A stretch of DNA of 24,000 nt from assembly GCA_032055545.1 (NCBI GenBank), contig DAMBQR010000050.1:4726-28725 (forward strand), given 5' to 3'. The position numbers were made by a program, and so were the translations under genes. The notes beneath the pieces are model-generated. The model saw only the letters and a program-made list of their open reading frames with translations. It did not search any database and was not told where the DNA came from. This document shows positions 14,642-24,000 of this stretch, piece by piece. This DNA is from Pseudescherichia sp. Its GTDB lineage: Bacteria > Pseudomonadota > Gammaproteobacteria > Enterobacterales > Enterobacteriaceae. Each line of letters starts with the position of its first letter. Position 1 is the stretch's first letter.

Positions 14642-17333
14642 GTTTAACCAATCCAAACCGCTTGCTGTAATACGCTGCTTCCCCCTGTTCAGAAACCAGT
14701 AATATCTGCGCTACTGGGCGGTGTAGCCGCTTACGGAACGCCTCCAGCAATTCTTCATTCGGCAGCGAGAAGCGGGACATGTTTTGCTTCCACCAGCTGG
14801 CTCGCACCTGTACGCGACTCATCTCCCAGCGAAAATCACCCTCTTTTACTACCGGCTGGAGCTGCCCATCGTCATCCAGCCAGGCAACGTAGACATCCAC
14901 GCTGGCCTCGCCCAGGCGAGTGGAAAATTCACGCCCCTCGTCCCAAAGAAAATCGCTGGCATCCTGGTGATAACCTTTATCGCGCTGCAACAAATTTTGC
15001 CTGGCGGCCGCGCGTTGGCTCAGCAGTGCGCCAAAGACGTTATCCTCAATGCCCTGCAATCCCGGCGGGGCAGGGATTTTTCCTTCGTATACGCCATCAA
15101 TTAACGTTCGCGCCATCTCTGGCATTTTGATTTCACCGTACTGACGCAGCAGTTTTTGCGTTCGCCACAGGCAGGCGTGATCGGTATAGACATAGCCCGT
15201 ACCGCGTAGCGTATCTCCCAGCCAGCCATCCTTAGCCTCTTCCTGCCATTCAGGAGCCAGGATATGCAGTACCGGAGAGCGACGCTCATCGGGCAGGTGT
15301 GATTTACAGACACCGTTTGCATCGCGAATATGTCGTTGCAATCGGCCTGCGCGCTGGATCAGGAGATCGACAGGCGCCAGATCGGAAATCATCCAGTCGA
15401 AATCAAGATCGAGACTCTGCTCCACAACCTGGGTTGCGATCAGTACCTTGCCGCGACGCTGCTCAGGCAAGGCATCTTTGCCAAACCAGGCCAGCGTGTT
15501 CTCTTCGATCGTCATACGATCGGCATAGGCAAAGCGGCTGTGGAATAGCAGGAGATTTTGCTGGGCTATCTTTCCTTCATTCAACAGACGCAGGAAAACC
15601 ATGAGCGCATCGTCAACGGTATTACGCACCCAGCAAATGCACTGCCCTGCTTCCACTACCTGGTAGATAATCTCCAACGCGCGATCGATGTCGTTTAGCC
15701 AGTTAACGGCAACGCAGCGCTTAACCTCCTGCCGCGTTTGTAACTGGTGCTCCTGCAATCCTGTAGATGAGAGATGGCTAAGCCATGGATAGCCAGCATC
15801 AAGGCTGGGATTTGCTGCGGCAAAACCAGCACCTTCAGCAAATGCAATCATCAGCTTCTCTTTAAGCGTTGCCGGAAGTGTGGCGGTTAACACTATGGCG
15901 CTTCCACCCTGTGCAGCATGAAACCACAGCAGCCCTTCCAGCAGCTTCACCATATATCCATCGTAGGCGTGCACCTCGTCGAGGATGAGAATCTTGTCAC
16001 GCAATCCGACCAGACGTAACGACTGGTGACGGAATGGCATAACCGCCATGAGTACCTGGTCCAGCGTGCCGACGCCGACTTCAGCCAGCAACGTGGTTTT
16101 ACGTGAATCAGCGAACCATGCATTGCACTCTGCGCTGGCGCTGGCATCGTCCTTGGCATAATGAGCTGTCTGGCTTTCATCCGTCTGCCAGACAGACTGG
16201 CGAAACGAAGTCGACATGTGCCTGGCACCGTGGGCCAGCACCAGCGAGGGACGCGCTGTATCAGAGAACAGTTTGCGGTACGCTTTTCCCAGCCGCTGAT
16301 ACATCGCGTTTGAGGTCGCCATCGTTGGCAGCCCAATATATAACCCTTTCCCCTTACCGGCTGACATTAGACGATGAGCGAGTATCATCGCCGCTTCTGT
16401 TTTACCTGCGCCAGTAACATCTTCTAGTACAATTAACTGAGGACCAGCAGATGAAATATCGAGATCGGCTGCACGCTGCTGGAGCGGCGTTAGCGAGTGA
16501 ATAAAGGGAAACAGCGTCTGATGCCCCTCGTAGCGACGAGTAACTGATGAAAGAGGAAGCGTGGACAGAGCTTTTTTGGCTTTATTGCAGGCGATTAACC
16601 AATATTTCTCAAGCGGCATGGGTTGGCTATTGAAGGAAAAGTGGTTTTCATCAGACCCAAGCCAATCCGCTAGCGTCATTACTCCCGCAAAAAACCAACT
16701 TTGCTGCTGTAATTTCTTAATCCACTCATCTTCTTGCCACTCTGCAGGAAGTGTATCAACTGAAAAAAGATCGCCTAATGCCGTTAAATATTGATTAGCC
16801 GAATGGATATCATCTTTTGTAAAAGCCGTGGCATAACGATGTTCTGGTTTATCCGGCGGAATACCGTGATGCCCTGTGCTTATTGCCATCCATATATCGA
16901 GAGCGTAAATGAATTCATCACGCTGGTCAGGTAGTATTTCAGAGAAGAGTCCACCTCGGCCTTCAAGCCAGTCAGTTTCGAGCTTATCCCAGAGCCAGAA
17001 GCCAAGCGAATCATGCCGTGCCGGAGTGTTGATACCTGCAGCAGGGCTAACCAGCGGAGAGTCTGGATGGGCGGCTAGCCGTTGAAAGCCGTTAGCAAAT
17101 TTACCCAGGTCATGGCTGGCAAAAAGGTAGCTTATCCAGCGATATCCAAAATCCGAGGCGAGTCCTAACTCTGCAAGCGCTTCGCGCATTCCAAAACGAT
17201 TTTCACTCGCCATAGTATACCCACATGCAGCAACGTCCAGGCAGTGGTAAACCAGTAGATGATAATTATCGCCGGTGGTTACTGTTTTTCTGGATTTGCC
17301 CCAATAACGGAGATAGCTTGCTTCAAAGCTCAT
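14637..17333 (-). CDS. cas3: Cas3 HD nuclease / SF2 helicase (I-E)
   Basis: 898 aa. It has an N-terminal HD domain (..HCLDVAA...HDLGKF..), helicase motifs (..TGAGKTEAA.., ..LILDEVHAYD..) and a C-terminal domain. Size is similar to E. coli Cas3 (888 aa). Confidence 0.97.
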   Translation of the reverse strand: MSFEASYLRYWGKSRKTVTTGDNYHLLVYHCLDVAACGYTMASENRFGMREALAELGLASDFGYRWISYLFASHDLGKFANGFQRLAAHPDSPLVSPAAGINTPARHDSLGFWLWDKLETDWLEGRGGLFSEILPDQRDEFIYALDIWMAISTGHHGIPPDKPEHRYATAFTKDDIHSANQYLTALGDLFSVDTLPAEWQEDEWIKKLQQQSWFFAGVMTLADWLGSDENHFSFNSQPMPLEKYWLIACNKAKKALSTLPLSSVTRRYEGHQTLFPFIHSLTPLQQRAADLDISSAGPQLIVLEDVTGAGKTEAAMILAHRLMSAGKGKGLYIGLPTMATSNAMYQRLGKAYRKLFSDTARPSLVLAHGARHMSTSFRQSVWQTDESQTAHYAKDDASASAECNAWFADSRKTTLLAEVGVGTLDQVLMAVMPFRHQSLRLVGLRDKILILDEVHAYDGYMVKLLEGLLWFHAAQGGSAIVLTATLPATLKEKLMIAFAEGAGFAAANPSLDAGYPWLSHLSSTGLQEHQLQTRQEVKRCVAVNWLNDIDRALEIIYQVVEAGQCICWVRNTVDDALMVFLRLLNEGKIAQQNLLLFHSRFAYADRMTIEENTLAWFGKDALPEQRRGKVLIATQVVEQSLDLDFDWMISDLAPVDLLIQRAGRLQRHIRDANGVCKSHLPDERRSPVLHILAPEWQEEAKDGWLGDTLRGTGYVYTDHACLWRTQKLLRQYGEIKMPEMARTLIDGVYEGKIPAPPGLQGIEDNVFGALLSQRAAARQNLLQRDKGYHQDASDFLWDEGREFSTRLGEASVDVYVAWLDDDGQLQPVVKEGDFRWEMSRVQVRASWWKQNMSRFSLPNEELLEAFRKRLHRPVAQILLVSEQGEAAYYSKRFGLVKP

Positions 17334-17532
17334 TCATCACCTCAATATAAAGTGACGTAATAGTATTATTTATCGATAATGCAGAAATATGACAGCAGTC
17401 GCAATCCGGAAAGATAAACATAATGTAGTTTTATGCAACTAAACATTAAAAATAGTCATTTTAGTTAAGTCATTTATTTTGTGTGGCGAGTACGCAAAAA
17501 ATTAACAACAGCATGAAATGAGAATTCAATAA

Positions 17533-17568
17533 ATTGTATTTTCATTGTACTAAATCTACAATGTAGAT
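17533..17568 (+). promoter_or_regulatory. candidate mazEF promoter with overlapping palindromic operator
   Basis: TTGTAT (17535-17540), a 16-nt spacer, then TACAAT (17557-17562). ATTGTA half-sites occur at 17533-17538 and 17544-17549, with an inverted TACAAT at 17557-17562. The palindrome ATCTACA-A-TGTAGAT spans 17554-17568. All of this lies 26-60 bp upstream of the mazE ATG. Confidence 0.45.
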
Positions 17569-17593
17569 ACGACATGATTACGATGAGGTTGAT

Positions 17594-17842
17594 ATGATCC
17601 GAGGTAATATTAAGCGCTGGGGAAACTCTCCTGCGATCAGGATCCCAACAACGTTAATGCAGGCCCTTAATCTTAATATTGATGATGAAGTTAAGATCGA
17701 TTTGGTAGAAGGTAAGCTTGTCATCGAGCCAGTAAGGAGCGGATCTGAGTTTTCGCTTGCGGAACTGGTTGAAGAGATCACCGCCGATAACCAACATGAG
17801 CTGGTGGAATGGGGTAAACCTGAGGGTAAGGAAACCTGGTAA
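17594..17842 (+). CDS. mazE: MazE antitoxin (AbrB/SpoVT fold)
   Basis: 82 aa. ..[41 protein letters not shown]... is near-identical in blocks to E. coli MazE (..[41 protein letters not shown]..). Confidence 0.92.
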   Translation: MIRGNIKRWGNSPAIRIPTTLMQALNLNIDDEVKIDLVEGKLVIEPVRSGSEFSLAELVEEITADNQHELVEWGKPEGKETW

Positions 17843-18175
17843 ATGATAAGTCAATTTGTACCCGATTCAGGGGATCTTATATGGGTTGATTTTGACCCAA
17901 CTAAAGGAAATGAACAAGCAGGACATCGTCCTGCCGTGGTGCTAAGTCCATTCATCTATAACAATAAAACGGGGCTTTGCCTTTGTGTTCCCTGTACCAC
18001 AAAGGCAAAAGGCTACCCTTTTGAAGTAGAATTCTCCGGTGAGCGTAACGCAGTAGCGCTTGCCGATCAGGTGAAATGCATCGCCTGGAAAGTCAGAAAC
18101 GCAGCGAAAAAAGGCAGAGTAACCGAGCAGGAACTCGACGTGATCAGAGCTAAGGTTAAAGCCTTAGTAGGGTAA
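17843..18175 (+). CDS. mazF: MazF mRNA interferase toxin
   Basis: 110 aa. ..YVPDSGDLIWVDFDPTKGNEQAGHRPAVVLSPFIYNNKTGLCLCVPCTT..KGYPFEV.. closely matches E. coli MazF. The ATG directly follows the mazE TAA. Confidence 0.95.
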   Translation: MISQFVPDSGDLIWVDFDPTKGNEQAGHRPAVVLSPFIYNNKTGLCLCVPCTTKAKGYPFEVEFSGERNAVALADQVKCIAWKVRNAAKKGRVTEQELDVIRAKVKALVG

Positions 18176-18247
18176 TACTTCAAGCGGTTAATATTTGCCC
18201 ATAATCCACCATATGGATATAATTAAATTACCAAATGGAGATCAACC

Positions 18248-18691
18248 ATGAAAACGTTTAGCGTATCTACGACTCAGGCCAGGCCACCCCGTTTATGGCA
18301 GGTAGCTGGTTTAAACAATGCTGATGGTGTGGCATTGCTGGGTCAGATTAATGAAGGTTTGGATGGCAAGGTTGCTAGCCTGATCGTTGACTGGGCGAAG
18401 ATAACGCAAAACGACCTGCGTAAAATGTCAGGTATCCCATCAACCACATTCAGCCGCAGTTTGAAAGCGCGATTCAGTGCTGACCAAAGTGAACGGCTGG
18501 TGCGCATCATTCGTGTCCTTGATCGGGCAGTAGAGTTGTTTGAAGGCAATAAGGATGAAGCGCAAAAATGGTTGAATGAGCCTAACCGTGCGCTGGGCTG
18601 GAAAGTGCCGGCAGACCTGATGGCATCCGAAACCGGAGCTTATGAGGTTATGAAGCTGATCACTCGTCTGGAGCATGGGGTCTACTCTTGA
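18248..18691 (+). CDS. Xre-like / DUF2384-type antitoxin of a RES toxin
   Basis: 147-aa ORF whose stop overlaps the start of the RES gene (TTGA at 18688-18691). The C-terminal ..A..WL..PN.ALGG/W..P.DL... pattern is typical of the DUF2384 antitoxin domain. The call rests on motif plus gene pairing. Confidence 0.75.
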   Translation: MKTFSVSTTQARPPRLWQVAGLNNADGVALLGQINEGLDGKVASLIVDWAKITQNDLRKMSGIPSTTFSRSLKARFSADQSERLVRIIRVLDRAVELFEGNKDEAQKWLNEPNRALGWKVPADLMASETGAYEVMKLITRLEHGVYS

Positions 18692-19158
18692 TCCTCTATC
18701 GTCTTACAAAGACAAAGTATCTTTCTACATCCTGGACGGGGTATGGAGCGAAAGAGGCTGGAGGCCGCTGGAATAGCGTCGGCACATCGATGGTTTATGT
18801 ATCGGAAACGGCATCGTTAACCATGCTGGAAACGTTAGTGCACCTGCGGGCGGCACAGATTATGGATTATTTCACGCTGTTGAGTATTGATGTGCCTGAT
18901 GACCAGATTCAAAAGGCCAATATGGAAGAAGTACCTGATAACTGGGCTGATGAAGAGGCACCACCGGAGCTAGCCGCTTATGGTGACGCCTGGTGCTTCA
19001 CTAAGGCATCAATAGCTCTGCGTGTGCCCAGTGCCTTATCGCCAGTGGAATATAACTATCTGCTTAACCCTGAACACCCCGGTTTCTTCGAGCTGACACA
19101 AAAATCAAAAGCCATTCCGTTTCAATTCGACAGTCGGTTAAAACCCGATCGTAAGTAG
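18688..19158 (+). CDS. RES-domain toxin (NAD+-targeting family)
   Basis: 156 aa with a TTG start. ILYRL.K.KY......G.GA...GGRWNS.G...VY.SET.SL..LE.LVH is the canonical RES-domain N-terminal signature (Arg-Glu-Ser). Confidence 0.85.
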   Translation: MILYRLTKTKYLSTSWTGYGAKEAGGRWNSVGTSMVYVSETASLTMLETLVHLRAAQIMDYFTLLSIDVPDDQIQKANMEEVPDNWADEEAPPELAAYGDAWCFTKASIALRVPSALSPVEYNYLLNPEHPGFFELTQKSKAIPFQFDSRLKPDRK

Positions 19159-19260
19159 TGACCATGAAGGACGTTGCACCCGGTTACGCTGAACTGATTA
19201 AGGAGACCCCATGTACTACCCTAAGCGAGGGCATTTCTAGTTACCGTAAAGGAGCTAAAA

Positions 19261-19554
19261 ATGTCCAACTTCAATACTCGAAAAGACCGTGATCGTCACG
19301 GTAAAGCCAACCCCCATTTCCGTATCAAGTACCCCTCACGCTGGGGTGTAATGTATGTCCACCATTATGATCAATATGGAGCGAACACACCGGCTTGCAA
19401 TTACGATAAAAACCCTGGCTGGTGGAATCGAATCAATACCACTCGCCGCCGTCGAGCTGCCGATCGCCTGATGCTCACCAGCATTCTTCGTGGTGTCGAT
19501 CCTGATGGTGTTACCTGGCTGGCTGACAAGCGTCCCAGTATTTATTACTGGTAA
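19261..19554 (+). CDS. hypothetical basic protein (97 aa)
   Basis: A strong RBS (AAGGAG, 6 nt upstream of the ATG). The protein is rich in R, K, H, W and Y (..KNPGWWNRINTTRRRRAADR...KRPSIYYW). I do not recognise the family. Confidence 0.6.
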   Translation: MSNFNTRKDRDRHGKANPHFRIKYPSRWGVMYVHHYDQYGANTPACNYDKNPGWWNRINTTRRRRAADRLMLTSILRGVDPDGVTWLADKRPSIYYW

Positions 19555-19590
19555 AGCTAAACGCGCCGCGTACAGGAGTCTGTCAGTACG

Positions 19591-21203
19591 CGGTTATCCC
19601 CGCTGACGCGGGGAACTCGTAGTAGCACCTTCCACCCCGATGCGGAAACGCGGTTTATCCCCGCTGGCACGGGGAACTCAATGCTGCCTGTCGCCGGGCC
19701 GGAATTGAAGACGGTTTATCTCCGCTGGCGCGGGGAACTCCCGGTTCGTATTTACTGATCGTGATCTCTACTCGGTTTATCCCCGCTGGCGCGGGGAACT
19801 CGGCTAGCGCGGATGTGAACGCGCTGAGCATTTCGGTTTATCCCCGCTGGCGTGGGGAACTCTTATCCCAGTCGCCACGGTAGCCGTAGTCGTCCGGTTT
19901 ATCCCCGCTGGCGCGGGGAACTCCCGATAATCCGGGTGATGGTTTTGAGCTGCGCCGGTTTATCCCCGCTGGCGCGGGGAACGCCAGAGTTTCCGGAAAC
20001 CATCCTGAACGCTGAACGGTTTATCCCCGCTGGCGCGGGGAACGCCAGCTGCTCATCGTCTATGTGATACGCGTACTCGGTTTATCCCCGCTGGCGCGGG
20101 GAACGCGTTACCGCCTGCGTCATCAAGCCTCATTTCTCCGGTTTATCCCCGCTGGCGCGGGGAACGCCGGAAATATTACCTGAACGGAAGCCACGCGGGC
20201 GGTTTATCCCCGCTGGCGCGGGGAACGCGTTTGCGCTGCCGTTACCTAATTTACCCTGGGCGGTTTATCCCCGCTGGCGCGGGGAACGCAGCGTCATCGG
20301 CAACACATTAAACAAAAAAGGCGGTTTATCCCCGCTGGCGCGGGGAACGCCCACAGCCAACCCCGCAACCATCCTCGCTCTGCGGTTTATCCCGCTGGCG
20401 CGGGGAACGCACAAAGACCATCTACTTCAGGCAGATAGTTTCCGGTTTATCCCCGCTGGCGCGGGGAACGCCAAATCGACAATGTGCAGCTTCGCTCCCT
20501 TGCCGGTTTATCCCCGCTGGCGCGGGGAACGCTGTTCCAGTTGATGCCGCTGGTACAACCGTTACGGTTTATCCCCGCTGGCGCGGGGAACGCTATCTAA
20601 CATTTTTTAGAACTGCAACATTTTTCGGTTTATCCCCGCTGGCGCGGGGAACGCGTGTTGGCTGGCATGTTGCGGTTGTAAATCACCGGTTTATCCCCGC
20701 TGGCGCGGGGAACGCAGTTTGAAAATAACCTCGTCTGCATCGCCGTCCGGTTTATCCCCGCTGGCGCGGGGAACGCGCAATTTCAAGATATCGCTCAATC
20801 TCTTTGAGCGGTTTATCCCCGCTGGCGCGGGGAACGCTACTGGATGCAGTTTAGCATCAGCATTAGTTTCGGTTTATCCCCGCTGGCGCGGGGAACGCTT
20901 GCAAAAAGGCTACCGAGGAAAACGGAACGGCGGTTTATCCCCGCTGGCGCGGGGAACGCGAAGGTGTCGTCAAGACTGGAAAACTCAAAGCCGGTTTATC
21001 CCCGCTGGCGCGGGGAACGCGTAGCCGCGCTGCTTTCGGGTTAATGAGTAACCGGTTTATCCCCGCTGGCGCGGGGAACGCACCCAGTTGGATGACGTCC
21101 TCTAACTCCTCTGCGGTTTATCCCCGCTGGCGCGGGGAACGCGCGTGGGCTGATTCAGCCTATGCAAAATGGCACGGTTTATCCCCGCTGGCGCGGGGAA
21201 CGC
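19591..21203 (-). CRISPR. type I-E CRISPR array 2 (27 repeats, 26 spacers of 32 bp), with its leader at the cysH-proximal (right) end
   Basis: Repeats start at 19591 (28 bp), then at 19651 plus 61n up to 20383 (28 bp), then at 20443 plus 61n up to 21175. Plus-strand consensus is CGGTTTATCCCCGCTGGCGCGGGGAACGC. The six oldest repeats end in ..AACTC. This is the classic E. coli-type I-E repeat. Confidence 0.98.
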
Positions 21204-21310
21204 TCTAAATACAGTTCCTTGTTTTTAAAGAGCTTTTTTAGCCATTAATAATCTACCAACTTATAATCAACAACTACGCTTCATGAGCCTTTCCGTAATA
21301 GACTGATTTT
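21204..21310 (-). promoter_or_regulatory. CRISPR-2 leader
   Basis: An AT-rich stretch beginning TCTAAATACA next to the newest repeat (compare TCTAAACATA at array 1). It shares a TTTTTAAAGAGC motif with leader 1. The distal boundary is set where similarity to the 7381-7529 duplicate begins. No promoter was mapped. Confidence 0.6.
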
Positions 21311-21410
21311 AAATAAAGAATAAAAAAATCACTTATGATAATTCCAATTTTACCGTTGCCTACCACCGTCACCCTAACCTAAATCAATCTTCCACCCACT
21401 CTTAGCCAAA

Positions 21411-21447
21411 AAAACCCAAAAAAAATGCCGACCTAAAAGTCAGCATT
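21411..21447 (-). terminator. cysH rho-independent terminator
   Basis: On the minus strand, ATGCTGAC (21446-21439) pairs with GTCGGCAT (21432-21425), with a 6-nt loop and one G.U pair. A T8 run follows, then GGGTTTTTTT. It starts 17 bp after the cysH stop. Confidence 0.75.
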
Positions 21448-21462
21448 TTCAAGAGCGTTATA

Positions 21463-22197
21463 TCACCCTTCGTGCAGCCCACATTCGCGCTTGAGGCCGA
21501 AGAAGCGGGTCTCTTCCTCCGCCATGCCCGGCTCCCATTTGCGGGTGGTGTGCGTATCGCCCACCGAGAGATAGCCTTGATCCCACAGCGGGTGGTACTT
21601 CAGCCCGTGCTTTTGCAGATACTGGTAAACAGTACGGTTGTCCCAGTCGATGATCGGCAGTACTTTAAACACGCCGCGCTGGACAGCCAGCACCGGCAGC
21701 GTCGCGCGGCTGCCTGACTGCTCCCGGCGCAGGCCAGCAAACCAGGTCTGCGCATTCAGATCTTTCAGGGCGCGGTTCATCGGCTCGACCTTGTTGATCT
21801 CATTGTACTTCTCAATACCCTCGACGCCCTGCTCCCACAGCTTGCCGTAGCGCGCTTCCTGCCACGCCGGGCTTTGCTCTGCGCGGTAGATCTTCAGGTT
21901 CAGCTTGAGCTTGTCCGCCAGCTCATCAATGAACTGGTAGGTCTCAGGAAACAGGTAGCCGGTATCGGTGAGGATCACCGGGATATCCGGGCTGATCTGG
22001 TTAACCAGGTGCAAGCTGACCGCCGCCTGGATACCAAAGCTTGAGGAGAGCACATACTCACCGGGCAGGTTCTCTAATGCCCAGACGACGCGCTCTTCCG
22101 CGCTCAGTTTTTCCAGCTGGCCGTTGGTCTCTGCCAATGCCAGAATGCGTTCGACTTTTGGCAGATCGTTTAAAGCAGTAAGATCGAGTCTGGACAT
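21463..22197 (-). CDS. cysH: phosphoadenosine phosphosulfate (PAPS) reductase
   Basis: The track ORF is 21463..22224. I trim the start to the ATG at 22195-22197 ([23 protein letters not shown]...), which gives 244 aa as in E. coli CysH. The C-terminal ..[16 protein letters not shown] is identical to E. coli. Confidence 0.97.
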   Translation of the reverse strand: MSRLDLTALNDLPKVERILALAETNGQLEKLSAEERVVWALENLPGEYVLSSSFGIQAAVSLHLVNQISPDIPVILTDTGYLFPETYQFIDELADKLKLNLKIYRAEQSPAWQEARYGKLWEQGVEGIEKYNEINKVEPMNRALKDLNAQTWFAGLRREQSGSRATLPVLAVQRGVFKVLPIIDWDNRTVYQYLQKHGLKYHPLWDQGYLSVGDTHTTRKWEPGMAEEETRFFGLKRECGLHEG

Positions 22198-22212
22198 ATA
22201 CCCCTCACTTCT

Positions 22213-22278
22213 GCCGGGCGGCACGACGTTTGCCCGGCCTACGGTTTTGTAGGCCCGGTAAGCGAAGCGCCACCGGGC
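22213..22278. repeat. pair of REP elements in opposite orientation (BIME-like) between cysI and cysH
   Basis: First element: GCCGGGC (22213-22219) pairs with GCCCGGC (22232-22238), followed by CTAC. Second element: GTAGGCCCGGTAAGCGAAGCGCCACCGGGC (22249-22278), with stem GCCCGGT/ACCGGGC. Confidence 0.6.
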
Positions 22279-22287
22279 ATGACTACG

Positions 22288-24000
22288 TTACTCCCAGAAA
22301 TCCCGCGCCGGATCCAGCACCGGACGGATAATCCCGGTACGAACGGTGAAGTCGCCGAAGCCTTCGTTTGCTTCACGCTCTTTCGACCAGCGGCCTACCA
22401 GCATGTCGATAGAGTCGAGGATCTCTGACTCGGTGATATTCTCACGATACATGCGCGGAATACGCGTGCCCATACGATTACCGCCAAGGTGCAGGTTATA
22501 GCGTCCCGGCGCTTTACCCACCAGACCCATCTCCGCCAGCAGCGCACGGCCACAGCCGTTCGGGCAGCCGGTCACGCGCATGACAATGTGGTCATCGCCC
22601 ACGCCGTGCTTCTCCATGATCGCTTCGACTTTATCAACAAAGCTCGGCAGGAAACGCTCCGCTTCCGCCATCGCCAGCGGACAGGTCGGGAAGGCGACGC
22701 AGGCCATGGAGTTCTCGCGCTGCGGTTTTACCGCATCCATCAGACCGTGGGAACGAGCCAGCGCTTCAATCTTCGCCTTCTGGCTCTCCGGCACGCCCGC
22801 GACGATCAGGTTCTGGTTCGCGGTCAGGCGGAAGTCGCCCTTGTGGATCTTCGCGATCTCCAGCAGACCGGTCTTCAGCGGACGATCCGGGTAATCGAGA
22901 ATACGCCCGTTTTCAATAAACAGCGTCAGGTGCCACTTATTATCAATGCCTTTCACCCAGCCAATGCGATCCCCGCGGCCGGTGAACTCGTACGGACGAA
23001 CCGGCTCGAACTTCATGCCTGCCCGGCGCTCAACTTCCGCTTTGAAGGTCTCAACGCCCACGCGCTCCAGCGTGTACTTAGTTTTGGCATTTTTACGATC
23101 GGTACGGTTGCCCCAGTCGCGCTGGGTGGTCACTACCGCTTCCGCCACCGCCAGAGTGTGCTCCAGCGGCAGGAAGCCAAATTCGCTCGCGGTACGGGCG
23201 TAGGTTTTCTTGTTACCGTGTTCGATTGAGAGGCCACCGCCCACCAGCAGGTTGAAACCGATCAGCTTGCCGTTCTCGGCGATGGCGATAAAGTTCATGT
23301 CGTTGGCGTGCAGATCAACGTCGTTCTGCGGCGGGATCACTACCGTGGTTTTGAACTTACGCGGCAGATAGGTCTGCCCGAGGATCGGCTCTTCATCGGT
23401 GGTTGCCACCTTCTCCGCGTCGTGCCAGATCTCAGCATAAGCGCGGGTGCGCGGCAGCAGGTGCTCAGAGAGCTTCTTCGCCCACTCGTAGGCCTCCGCG
23501 TGCAGCTCGGACTCAATCGGGTTAGAGGTGCAGAGCACGTTACGGTTCATGTCGTTGGCGGTCGCCAGTGCGTCCAGGCCCACTTCATGCAGCATCTGGT
23601 GAGCAGGCTTGACGTTCTTCTTCAGAATACCGTGATACTGGAAAGTCTGGCGGTTAGTCAGACGGATGCTGCCGTAGATGGTCTTCTCTTCGGCGAACTT
23701 GTCGATGGCCTGCCACTGCGCCGGAGTGATGATCCCGCCCGGCAGCCGGCAGCGCAGCATCATGGCGTGGCGTGGCTCCAGCTTCTGCTCGGCGCGTTCG
23801 GCACGAATATCACGGTCATCCTGCTGATACATACCGTGGAAGCGGATCAGCAGAAAGTTGTCACCTTTAAAACCGCCGGTAAGCCCCTCGTTCAGATCTT
23901 CAGCAATCGTACCGCGCAGGTAGTTGCTCTCACGTTTCATACGCTCGGCGTCGGTCAGTTTACCTTCGACCACCAGCGGACCTGGGTGTTTATCGCTCAT
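22288..24000 (-). CDS. cysI: sulfite reductase (NADPH) hemoprotein beta subunit
   Basis: 570 aa with the ATG exactly at the window edge (23998-24000). [35 protein letters not shown].. is colinear with E. coli CysI (570 aa). The siroheme/4Fe-4S Cys cluster (..CPNGCGRA..) is present. Confidence 0.97.
   Translation of the reverse strand: MSDKHPGPLVVEGKLTDAERMKRESNYLRGTIAEDLNEGLTGGFKGDNFLLIRFHGMYQQDDRDIRAERAEQKLEPRHAMMLRCRLPGGIITPAQWQAIDKFAEEKTIYGSIRLTNRQTFQYHGILKKNVKPAHQMLHEVGLDALATANDMNRNVLCTSNPIESELHAEAYEWAKKLSEHLLPRTRAYAEIWHDAEKVATTDEEPILGQTYLPRKFKTTVVIPPQNDVDLHANDMNFIAIAENGKLIGFNLLVGGGLSIEHGNKKTYARTASEFGFLPLEHTLAVAEAVVTTQRDWGNRTDRKNAKTKYTLERVGVETFKAEVERRAGMKFEPVRPYEFTGRGDRIGWVKGIDNKWHLTLFIENGRILDYPDRPLKTGLLEIAKIHKGDFRLTANQNLIVAGVPESQKAKIEALARSHGLMDAVKPQRENSMACVAFPTCPLAMAEAERFLPSFVDKVEAIMEKHGVGDDHIVMRVTGCPNGCGRALLAEMGLVGKAPGRYNLHLGGNRMGTRIPRMYRENITESEILDSIDMLVGRWSKEREANEGFGDFTVRTGIIRPVLDPARDFWE

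Noticed and set aside
19164-19290. A roughly 41-codon plus-strand ORF (MKDVAPGYAELIKETP...) between the RES gene and the 97-aa hypothetical.
   Set aside because: It has no Shine-Dalgarno sequence. It overlaps the RBS and start of the better-supported downstream gene in another frame, and it has no recognisable features.
19582-19595. The array-2 trailer flank ..TCAGTACG|CGGTT resembles cysH ..ACAGTA|CGGTT. This hints that both arrays abut cysH-derived sequence.
   Set aside because: Only 5-7 nt are shared, a 2-nt offset is required, and there is no extended similarity further out. That is too short to distinguish from coincidence.

Overview
Enterobacteriaceae-type chromosomal segment with the conserved backbone ispD'-ftsB-ygbE-cysCND (minus strand), iap (plus strand), then cysH-cysI (minus strand). 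Between iap and cysH lies a composite accessory region. It contains, in order: (i) an orphan mqsA antitoxin next to a roughly 18-codon remnant of mqsR; (ii) an AT-rich two-gene cassette, a lysozyme/pesticin-like muramidase plus a secreted DUF1311/LprI-like protein, which is a putative effector-immunity pair; (iii) a diverged duplicate of the cysH terminator and cysH 3' end; (iv) a complete type I-E CRISPR-Cas locus (cas3, cse1, cse2, cas7e, cas5e, cas6e, cas1, cas2) with a 10-repeat array downstream of cas2; (v) mazEF, an Xre(DUF2384)-RES toxin-antitoxin pair and a basic 97-aa hypothetical; (vi) a second 27-repeat array with its own leader abutting cysH. The two arrays carry different hairpin variants of the I-E repeat. 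The most interesting signal is in the 432-bp cas3-cse1 gap. It holds an inverted, degenerate single-spacer mini-CRISPR: two repeat-derived hairpins flanking a 20-nt pseudo-spacer. That pseudo-spacer has an AAG-PAM-flanked partial match 70 bp away in the same gap. The match sits next to a sigma70-like promoter and a strongly RBS-preceded 26-codon hydrophobic sORF just upstream of cse1. This arrangement resembles CreA/CreR-type, Cascade-guided self-regulation or addiction modules. As far as I know this has not been described for enterobacterial I-E loci. All homology calls come from reading the translations and from memory of E. coli K-12 proteins; no database searches were run.
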